Position numbers and translations under genes: made by a program. Source: an uncultured Clostridium sp. (GTDB lineage Bacteria > Bacillota > Clostridia > Oscillospirales > CAG-272). From it: DNA of 43,776 nt. This document shows positions 34,423-42,044 of the stretch, in pieces. Location of the stretch: NCBI GenBank assembly GCA_964463245.1, contig CAYXBU010000003.1, positions 1 through 43,776 on the forward strand, written 5' to 3'. The notes below the pieces were generated by a model. It ran no database searches. It was not told where the DNA came from and saw only the letters and a list, made by a program, of their open reading frames with translations. Within the stretch, counting starts at the first letter, position 1. Each line of letters opens with the position of its first letter.

Positions 34423-35304
34423 CTACCCCTTCTGTGCGGCGCGGTAGGCCGAAATGCGATCCGAGAGGGCGGCAAAAGCGGCGGTATCCAGCCGCTCACC
34501 CCGAATGTCGGCGCGGTGGCCGCATTCCGTGATGATGTCGGTCAGGACATCCTTGGGAATGTCCGAAAAGCCCGCTGACAGGGCATTGGCTAAAGTCTTG
34601 CGCCGCTGTTCAAAGGCATAGCGAATGGTGTCAAAGAACAGCTTCTCGTCCAGCGGACGGATCGGAGGCTCCCGCCACAGGCGGATGCGCACCACTGCCG
34701 AGTCCACCTTGGGCGCCGGCAGGAAGTTCCCCGCCGGGACACGGAACAGCCGCTCCGCCTCGCCGTAGTAGCCCAGCACTGCCGTAATGGCACCGTAGTC
34801 CTTACTGCCCGCGCGGGCGCAGAGACGATCCGCCACCTCGGCCTGCACCATGATGGTGATATTGGAGAAGGGGAGCCCGGATTCCAGAAGTCGCATGAGG
34901 ATGGGAGTGGTTATATAGTAGGGGAGATTGGCGCAGACCGAGACCTCCCCCTCGGCAAACGAGCTGTCCAACAGCTCGTGCAGATCCGTCTTCATGAAGT
35001 CCTGATTCAGCACCTCCACCACACCGGGCGGGCAATCCTGCAAGGTAAAGCGCAGGACGGGGATCAGCCGTCGGTCGATCTCCACCGACAGCACCCGACG
35101 GTAGCGCATAGCCAGCTCCTGGGTCAACACCCCGATGCCGGGGCCGATCTCCAGCACGGTCGCATCGCGGGTATCCGAGCAAGCATCCGCAATGTCCTCT
35201 ACCACGGCGGGATTGGTCAGGAAGTTCTGCCCCAGCTCCTTGCGGAAGGTCATGCCGTAGAGGGACATGACGTCCTTGATCACGCGAGGGTCACACAGAT
35301 TCAC
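34423..35304 (-). CDS. rsmA: 16S rRNA m6,2A dimethyltransferase KsgA
   Basis: K.LGQNFL, VLEIGPGIG.LT, VEID, ANLPYYITTP, MVQ.EVA.R and F.PAPKVDS motifs. Confidence 0.96.
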   Translation of the reverse strand: MNLCDPRVIKDVMSLYGMTFRKELGQNFLTNPAVVEDIADACSDTRDATVLEIGPGIGVLTQELAMRYRRVLSVEIDRRLIPVLRFTLQDCPPGVVEVLNQDFMKTDLHELLDSSFAEGEVSVCANLPYYITTPILMRLLESGLPFSNITIMVQAEVADRLCARAGSKDYGAITAVLGYYGEAERLFRVPAGNFLPAPKVDSAVVRIRLWREPPIRPLDEKLFFDTIRYAFEQRRKTLANALSAGFSDIPKDVLTDIITECGHRADIRGERLDTAAFAALSDRISAYRAAQKG

Positions 35305-37247
35305 GGCTGTTCCCTCCCCGGCTGTAACGCCTCGGCCTCACGGAGCCACAGCTCCGCCGATGCGTCCGACGGCATCCGCCAATCGCCGCGCGGCGACAGT
35401 GCCGCCGATCCGACCTTGGGGCCGTCCGGCAGGCAGGAACGCTTGAACTGCTGGGTAAAGAATCGCCGCAGGAAGATACGCAACCACTTGAGCAGGGTCT
35501 CGTCGTCGTACCGATCGCCCAGCGCGTACTGCGCCAGCCGATACAGCTTGCGGGGGCGCGCGCCCTGCCGCAGGAAGTGGTAGAGGTAGAAGTCATGCAG
35601 CTCGTAGGGGCCGACCAGATCCTCGGTCACCTGTGCAATGCTCCCGTCCTCCGAGGCGGGCAACAGTTCCGGGCTGACCGGGGTATTCAGAATATCCTCC
35701 AGCGCGGCGGCCAGCGCATCCTTGCCCGCCGCCCGCGCCACCTCGGCGGTGTAGCCGACGAGGTCTCGCACCAGCGTCTTGGGGATGGAGGCATTGACGG
35801 CATACATGGACATATGGTCGCCGTTGTAAGTCGCCCAGCCCAGTGCCAACTCGGACAAGTCTCCCGTGCCGACCACCAGACCGCCCTCGGCGTTGGCAAT
35901 GTCCATCAGCACCTGGGTGCGCTCCCGCGCCTGTGCATTCTCGTAGACCACATCATGGCAGGACGGGTCATGTCCGATGTCGGCGAAATGTTGATTGACG
36001 GCATCAAAGATATTCACCGTGCGGAAGTTCACCCCCAACTCACGGCAGAGCACCTCGGCGTTGGACTTTGTCCGCGAGGTCGTGCCGAAGCAGGGCATGG
36101 TCACGGCGGTGATCCTCTCACGGGCAAGCCTCAATCGGTCGGCGGCGCGCACCATGCACAAAAGTGCCAGACAGGAATCCAGCCCCCCCGAGATACCCAC
36201 CACAAGGGTCTTGACGTGGGCGGCGGTCACGCGGGTCGCCAGCCCCTCGGCTTGCATGGTCAAGATCAGCTCGCAACGACGGTGCCACTCGGCGCTGTCG
36301 GACGGCACGAAGGGATGCGGGTCGATATGCCGTGTCAGCGAGGTCACGGTCTCCTCCAGTTCGAAGTAAGCCTCCGACAGGTTGCCGGTCTCGCGGTTAT
36401 CAAACGTATTCATACGGCGGCGGTCGTAAGTCAGCCGTCCGAGATCCAGCTCGGTGATCAGCAGGTCGACCCCGGAGAAGGGCTGACTCTCGCAAAGGAT
36501 GCTCCCGTCCTCGGCGATCAGGGAGTGGCCCGAGAAGACCAGATCGGTGGTGGACTCCCCCGCGCCGCAGTTGGCATACAGGTAGGCGGCATTCAGCCGT
36601 CCCGACTGCCCTGCGATCAGGGTGCGGCGGTACCCCGCCTTGCCCACCGTCTCGTTGGAAGCGGAGGGGTTGCAGATGACGGTCGCGCCCGCCGAGGCCG
36701 CCGCCGCAGAGGGCGGCAGGGGTGCCCAAAGATCCTCGCATATCTCCACGGCCAGGCGGAAGCTCGGCATATTCGTGCAGACGAACAGCTGCTTGGTACC
36801 GAAGGGGATATAGGCACCATCCAGCTCAAAGACCAGCTCCTCGGTCGGGGCGGGGGTAAAATACCGCACCTCGTAGAACTCCGCGTAGTTGGGAATATGG
36901 GTCTTGGGAACCAGCCCCAGCACCTGCCCGCCCTTGCAGACAGCGGCGCAATTATAGAGCTTGCCCGCGAGGGAGATGGGCAGACCCACCACCGTGACCA
37001 TGTCCAAGTCCGCCGTCATGGCAACGAACTGCCGCAGGGCATCCAGTGCGCCATCCAACAGGATATCCTGCAGGAACAGGTCGCCGCAGGTGTAGCCGGT
37101 CAGGCACAGCTCCGGGTAGACCAGCAGCTTGACCCCCGCCTCGGCGGCCTTGTTCGCCGCCTTCACGCAAGCTTCTGCATTATATACGCAATCCGCGACC
37201 CGCACGTCGGGGCGCGCGGTCGCCACCTTGATAAAACCGTCTTTCAT
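35301..37247 (-). CDS. nadE: Glutamine-dependent NAD+ synthetase
   Basis: Nitrilase-like domain (PEL..TGY, PK..IPNY.EFYE, EICEDLW) fused to a synthetase domain (GISGGLDS, ENAQARERT, GTGDLSE, SPEL, QQFKR). Confidence 0.96.
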   Translation of the reverse strand: MKDGFIKVATARPDVRVADCVYNAEACVKAANKAAEAGVKLLVYPELCLTGYTCGDLFLQDILLDGALDALRQFVAMTADLDMVTVVGLPISLAGKLYNCAAVCKGGQVLGLVPKTHIPNYAEFYEVRYFTPAPTEELVFELDGAYIPFGTKQLFVCTNMPSFRLAVEICEDLWAPLPPSAAAASAGATVICNPSASNETVGKAGYRRTLIAGQSGRLNAAYLYANCGAGESTTDLVFSGHSLIAEDGSILCESQPFSGVDLLITELDLGRLTYDRRRMNTFDNRETGNLSEAYFELEETVTSLTRHIDPHPFVPSDSAEWHRRCELILTMQAEGLATRVTAAHVKTLVVGISGGLDSCLALLCMVRAADRLRLARERITAVTMPCFGTTSRTKSNAEVLCRELGVNFRTVNIFDAVNQHFADIGHDPSCHDVVYENAQARERTQVLMDIANAEGGLVVGTGDLSELALGWATYNGDHMSMYAVNASIPKTLVRDLVGYTAEVARAAGKDALAAALEDILNTPVSPELLPASEDGSIAQVTEDLVGPYELHDFYLYHFLRQGARPRKLYRLAQYALGDRYDDETLLKWLRIFLRRFFTQQFKRSCLPDGPKVGSAALSPRGDWRMPSDASAELWLREAEALQPGREQP

Positions 37248-37359
37248 ACTGATACAGGTTCCTTTCCAAAATCATATCGCTCAAAGAGCGACCGTTGGGG
37301 TCATTCCTCGGGCGGAGTGACCCTCCAATGCTCCGGTGCAAGGGCTCCTTTCGCCCTCC

Positions 37360-37388
37360 GTTATAGCAGGTCGCCATCCCGACGGCAA
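37360..37388 (-). promoter_or_regulatory. Putative sigma-A promoter of nadE-rsmA
   Basis: Minus strand TTGCCG-17 nt-TATAAC with extended TG. Confidence 0.55.
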
Positions 37389-37417
37389 GCAACTGTCTGT
37401 TGCCCCCCGCAGGACGA

Positions 37418-38032
37418 TCACTTCATCCACTTCTCCGCCCGCTTTTGCCACTTGAGCCGATACAATATCGCGATCCGGTCGATCAAGAGGTCAAAGAGGA
37501 AGAAGGTCAGGACACACAGCCCCAGCATGATCCAAATGAGGGTATGGGAGGCACCCTCCTCGCCGAGTCCGCGCTGGAATACGTCCATGATACTGCCGCT
37601 CCCGCCCATCATCAGGAGCCAAAAGAAGAGGAGGTAGACCGCGATGGCCGCCGTGATGATACAGAGCTTACAGAGGAAGGCCACCGAGCGGGGCAGCTTG
37701 TCCACCTGCCGCTTGACCACGGGGTAGTACCCGAGGAGACAGGCAAAGAGCCACGGTGCCAGACTCTGCGGCATCAGGATCAGCCCCAGAGCCGAGGTCA
37801 CCCCCCAGCAGAGCAACGTGTAGCGACTCCCGTAGCGGTAGAACACCGGCAGGAACAGAATGGCCGCCACCGTAGCGCAGGTAATGTCGAAGGTCTCCAG
37901 CACCGCGCCCAGCCCCAGCATGACGGTGCCCATGGCACAGAACAGACTGCACACCGCCAACCGATAGGTGGTGCGGGAGCGGCGACTGCGCCCGCGGCGG
38001 GGGGGCGGCCTTGACGGATCCATATCAGCCAT
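37418..38032 (-). CDS. Conserved membrane protein (about 5-6 TM)
   Basis: Hydrophobic segments with the motif F..LLGYYPVVK. Third gene of the DUF5685-DnaJ operon (9-nt gap). Confidence 0.75.
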   Translation of the reverse strand: MADMDPSRPPPRRGRSRRSRTTYRLAVCSLFCAMGTVMLGLGAVLETFDITCATVAAILFLPVFYRYGSRYTLLCWGVTSALGLILMPQSLAPWLFACLLGYYPVVKRQVDKLPRSVAFLCKLCIITAAIAVYLLFFWLLMMGGSGSIMDVFQRGLGEEGASHTLIWIMLGLCVLTFFLFDLLIDRIAILYRLKWQKRAEKWMK

Positions 38033-38041
38033 AGCTTACCC

Positions 38042-38656
38042 TCAGCAGTGCCGCGTGTTACAACACAGGTTCAGGCAGAGAAGCCCTGTGCATATATCGC
38101 AGACCGAACAGCCGTCGTTCTGTGCGCCGCCCGTGCCGCCGGTCTGCATCTGCGCCCGCAGGTTGGTCTGCGCCGCGCGGTATTCCTGATTCTCGGGATC
38201 CATCCCGCAGGCCGTGTCAAAGAACTGCTGGGCATCCACATAGTACCGCCGCCTCAGCGACACACAGCCCATGAGAAAATACCACTCGGCCGAGCGCTGA
38301 CTGTCGGGCATGGAGACCAGTACCTGATACGCCTCACTGATCCGCCCTGCATTGATCAGCTGACGCACGACCGAAAATTGCTCGGAGTAGGTGCCCCGAT
38401 AGCTGCTCTGTCCTGCTCCGTAGCCGCCGGAGGAGCCGGTACGGGTACCGCCCGCCGTGCCGCCCGAAGCACGCATCTTCTTGATCTCGTCGTAGGCCTC
38501 GTTGATCTCCTTCATCTTCTCGCTCGCCAGGTCGGAAAGGTCACTGTCCCGATACTTGTCGGGGTGATACTTCCGCGCGAGGTTGCGATAGGCGGTCTTG
38601 ATCTCCTCGTCGGTGGCGGTCGGTGCTACGCCCAGCACCTGATATGGGTCTTTCAT
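38042..38656 (-). CDS. J-domain (DnaJ-like) protein with TPR-like region and Cys-rich C-terminus
   Basis: [19 protein letters not shown] and KEINEAYD. Gly-rich linker, AEWYFL.G TPR-like segment, tail [22 protein letters not shown]. Confidence 0.88.
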   Translation of the reverse strand: MKDPYQVLGVAPTATDEEIKTAYRNLARKYHPDKYRDSDLSDLASEKMKEINEAYDEIKKMRASGGTAGGTRTGSSGGYGAGQSSYRGTYSEQFSVVRQLINAGRISEAYQVLVSMPDSQRSAEWYFLMGCVSLRRRYYVDAQQFFDTACGMDPENQEYRAAQTNLRAQMQTGGTGGAQNDGCSVCDICTGLLCLNLCCNTRHC

Positions 38657-38664
38657 GTACCTGT

Positions 38665-39582
38665 TTACCTCTTACCTTTTCGTTTTTTCGGCTCGGGAAA
38701 AAGTGTCTGTCGGGCGACGCGCGGCATCCCCTCGGAGAGGATATTGCGGAGCACGCCCTCGACATCTCGGTCGCGTATGTCCAGCAGATCCAGCGCATCC
38801 GATATGCACCGACTCTCATACAGGAGCGAGAGCCGTATCTCCTCGCGGGTCTCCTCCGACAGCTCCGTTCCTGCATCTCGGCACAGACAGCGGAAGGGGT
38901 TGTAGCGACCCAGCCGTACATCCTCCGCGTAGTCGTCGGCGGCATCCAGAATGTATATCCACCGCCCGGTATGCAGGGCGACCTCCTCGGCGATACGCGC
39001 CCGTCCCCCGTCAAGCCCCCATGTAAGAAGCCCTCCCAAAAGCTCCCCAAAGAGCTGTGCCGGGGCATCCACCGACGGGGGACATTCCTGCTCCAACTCC
39101 CCCAGCCGCTTCATGTGCAGAGCAATGGAGGCGTCCAAAGCGGCTCCGTCCGTCCCCTCGGAGGCGGATGGGTCGCACAGGTTGCGGTGCAGGGCACGGC
39201 GGCGTGCTCCGCCCACCAGCGGGGTCGCCAACAGGGCACGGATATACTTCCCTCCGCGCTCGTCCTGCTTGTCGTCCTCCAGCTTGTGCCAAGCCAGAAG
39301 CGAGGCGGAGATCGCGGTCAAGCGCAGAGCGGGGGTCTCGTCCGCCACGGGGCGGCGGTGGGTGGGGTGTGCCACACATCGCCGCGGCTCCAAGGTGACC
39401 GTCTCATCGGTGATGGCCATACGCATCAGAGCCATAAAGGCAAAATCATAGCTGAGCATCAATCGGGAGCACTGCCCGGTGCACTTGCCCTGCGCACGGC
39501 ACAGGCCGCAATATACGCCCTGATAGCAGTCCAGCTCCCGCAGCTTCAGCTCCGGCTCGTATGCCCGCACATATCCGAACAA
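38665..39582 (-). CDS. DUF5685-like protein
   Basis: Starts (M)FGYV at a TTG after GGAGGGTG. Motifs YCGLC, LSYD, C..HP, KL.DD..DE and G.WIY.LDA.DD..ED...G.YNP. Confidence 0.75.
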   Translation of the reverse strand: MFGYVRAYEPELKLRELDCYQGVYCGLCRAQGKCTGQCSRLMLSYDFAFMALMRMAITDETVTLEPRRCVAHPTHRRPVADETPALRLTAISASLLAWHKLEDDKQDERGGKYIRALLATPLVGGARRRALHRNLCDPSASEGTDGAALDASIALHMKRLGELEQECPPSVDAPAQLFGELLGGLLTWGLDGGRARIAEEVALHTGRWIYILDAADDYAEDVRLGRYNPFRCLCRDAGTELSEETREEIRLSLLYESRCISDALDLLDIRDRDVEGVLRNILSEGMPRVARQTLFPEPKKRKGKR

Positions 39583-39831
39583 AGCGCACCCTCCCTCTGC
39601 CAAAAGATATTCATTGTATTGTAACGCAAAATCGTCGGCAAAACAACCGAAATAATGTAAATTTTCCTCGGCAGGGGCACTTTTCTCGAGTCTGCGTGAA
39701 AAATTTACATTTTCAGAACAGTTTGTTTGCTTGAGGGGAACATTTGGCGTGTAGAATAAGGCATACGTTGTACGGTCTCCTTCGTACATCTCGGATTAAC
39801 GCCTATCCATCACCGAAAGGTCTCCTTTACA

Positions 39832-40962
39832 ATGGGTCTTACATATATGCATACATACGTTATCATCCCCTTCTACCGACCGGCAGAAAAGGGATTCCTT
39901 AACTTGATCACGCAGATCTGCGACAAGGGATATATTCCCGTTCTCATCAACGATGCCTCCCCCGATGCGGCTCTCGCCCCCCTCGGGCAGCCTGACCCCC
40001 GCATGATCCTGCTCCACCACGAGCGACATCAGGGGCGTGGTGCCGCTATCCGCACCGGTCTTGCCTATATCCGTGACCATCTTCTCCCCGAAGACCACCC
40101 GCAGGAGAGCGAGTCGGAGGTCTCCGCTCCCCGCGATACCGCCTATATCGCCGTTATGGCGACCAGCTCGCACTTTTCTTTGGATGACCTGGAATGCCTG
40201 CTGGAGACCGCCCGTCTCCCCGGAAACGCTCGCCGCCTGACCGTCGGCGTTCACCACCCGGATCGGAAGCGTTCCCTGCTCTCCCGCGCCTGGAACGGCA
40301 GCGTTCACCTGCTCTTTCACGCCCTCGTTCACGCGCACGTCCCGACCGACATGACGGGATTGCAGGTCTTCTCGGCCGACTTCCTGCCCCACCTTCTGGA
40401 GCTTGAGGGGGACCACGCCGACTACGACCTGCGCTTGCTCCATCTCTTTTCAAAAAAAGGGGACGGCTTTTCTGAGGTCGTCCTGCAGGGAGAGGCTCCC
40501 CCTGCGCGGAAGAATCGGCACATCGTGCTGGACACAGCGCGGCTCTACCAGCATCTGTTGCGCTTCACTGCCAGCTCCCTGTTCTCCTTCCTCTTGGAGT
40601 ATGGGCTGTTCTGTCTGCTCCACTACCTGCTCCGTGACGAACTGCCGCTGGTCGGTGACCTGATCGCCACGATCGCGGCGCGAGTCTTCGGGAACGGTGT
40701 CAACTATGTCGTCAACTGCTTCTTCGTCTTCCGCCGCAAGCCCGAACGCAACAGTGTCCTGCAATTCGCGGGGCTGACCGGTGCCTCCATCGGTCTGTCG
40801 GCACTGGCACTGTACCTCTGGAAGCTGACCCGCCTGCCTGTGCCTATCTGCAAGATATTGGCAGACCTGTGCGTATTCGTGGTCAACTATATCGTGCAGA
40901 AAAAGCTGATATTCCGCAAGAAAAAGCCATCGGCAGGGGAAAATACTTCTCCGACCGATTAA
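39832..40962 (+). CDS. GT2-like/GtrA fusion protein with a degenerate glycosyltransferase domain
   Basis: VIIPFYRP, INDAS and QGRGAAIRTG GT2-like N-terminus. C-terminal four-TM GtrA domain (RFTASSL...NY.VN...VF...NYIVQK..IF). Confidence 0.75.
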   Translation: MGLTYMHTYVIIPFYRPAEKGFLNLITQICDKGYIPVLINDASPDAALAPLGQPDPRMILLHHERHQGRGAAIRTGLAYIRDHLLPEDHPQESESEVSAPRDTAYIAVMATSSHFSLDDLECLLETARLPGNARRLTVGVHHPDRKRSLLSRAWNGSVHLLFHALVHAHVPTDMTGLQVFSADFLPHLLELEGDHADYDLRLLHLFSKKGDGFSEVVLQGEAPPARKNRHIVLDTARLYQHLLRFTASSLFSFLLEYGLFCLLHYLLRDELPLVGDLIATIAARVFGNGVNYVVNCFFVFRRKPERNSVLQFAGLTGASIGLSALALYLWKLTRLPVPICKILADLCVFVVNYIVQKKLIFRKKKPSAGENTSPTD

Positions 40963-40965
40963 GGA

Positions 40966-41002
40966 CCCTCCGACACAGCCGTCGGAGGGCTTTTTTCTTT
41001 TC
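40966..41002 (+). terminator. Intrinsic terminator
   Basis: Stem ccctccgac/gtcggaggg followed by a T tract. Confidence 0.85.
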
Positions 41003-41099
41003 TCGCCGTGCTCGACAAAAAAGGCTTGTCCTCGCGCCCCTCTCGTGCTATGCTGTCCTTACGGAAAACGGGTCATACACCCGAGAAGGAGGAATACAT

Positions 41100-41945
41100 A
41101 TGACACGAAACCATGCAGGTTACCACCACTTACGCTCACTTGCGACGGTCGCCGCGCTGCTCTCCCTGTTGCTCTGCGGATGTGCAGCAGGGTCATCTGC
41201 GGGAGGAGCTATGGACGAGCTTTCAGGCGAGGCGAGTCAATCACCCGCAACGCAGCATCGGGAGACGATGTCGGAAGCGGTGAAAGAGCCGCCGGAGACA
41301 ACACCTCCCGACAAGCAAGCCCCGTCGGATGTCGACGGCGAATCCCTCCGCACCTACTACGAGGAGCGCATCCGCGAGCTGCAGGATACCCTCATGGAGG
41401 AGCGGCTGGATCGGTACATCTCGGACTTTGCGTACAAGGAGCGGATCGCTGCCCTGCAAAAGGAGCTGCTCCTGATGAGCGCAGGCAAGGAGCTGGAGAC
41501 CACCATCCCGGTCTCGGGGGAGACGGATGCCGCAGGCCGACCGACCCCCGAGCCCATCGTCAAGCCGACTCCCCTCCCGACCTCGACCTACCGCTACAGT
41601 CTGCAGGACGGGCAGGTGACCATCCACGAATACCTGGGCGGGAGCGGCACCGTCACCCTGCCGTCCGAGATCGACGGCTATCCCGTGGTCGCCATCGCGG
41701 ACGGAGCCTTTCGCGGACAGGACATCACCGGGGTGATCCTGCCCGACACGCTGGAGAGCATCGGCTGGTTCGCCTTTGCCGGGTGTGTGCGGCTGGAGAC
41801 GGTCGTGCTCCCGCGCTCGGTGCAGGGTATTGCCTACGGTGCCTTTGATCATTGCACCCACCTGACCATCCTCTGTGCAGAAGGGAGCTACGCGGCACGC
41901 TGGGCGGCAAGCTACGGGCTGGAGGTGCAGTACATGGATATATAA
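41100..41945 (+). CDS. Lipoprotein with coiled coil and C-terminal BspA-type (LRR_5) leucine-rich repeats
   Basis: Lipobox LLCG-C. P..IDGYPV..I..GAF, V.LPDTLESIGWFAF.GC..L..V.LP.SV..I..GAF..C, GSYA..WA. GGAGG RBS. Confidence 0.8.
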   Translation: MTRNHAGYHHLRSLATVAALLSLLLCGCAAGSSAGGAMDELSGEASQSPATQHRETMSEAVKEPPETTPPDKQAPSDVDGESLRTYYEERIRELQDTLMEERLDRYISDFAYKERIAALQKELLLMSAGKELETTIPVSGETDAAGRPTPEPIVKPTPLPTSTYRYSLQDGQVTIHEYLGGSGTVTLPSEIDGYPVVAIADGAFRGQDITGVILPDTLESIGWFAFAGCVRLETVVLPRSVQGIAYGAFDHCTHLTILCAEGSYAARWAASYGLEVQYMDI

Positions 41946-41978
41946 AGGGTGATCACGCAGTATTTTCCCGCGAAATAC

Positions 41979-42007
41979 TTGACAACCCGCCCAAGCTGTG
42001 GTATATT
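41979..42007 (+). promoter_or_regulatory. Sigma-A promoter
   Basis: TTGACA-17 nt-TATATT with extended TG. Confidence 0.75.
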
Positions 42008-42044
42008 TATCGTAATAAACCACAAAGCATTGGAGGACTCTACC

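Noticed and set aside
35577-37637. 686-aa plus-strand ORF (and similar long shadows at 2071-3933, 5077-6162, 8227-9396, 26529-27629 and 32076-33416)
   Set aside because: Each lies antisense to a well-supported gene. Codon bias suppresses stop codons on the opposite strand.
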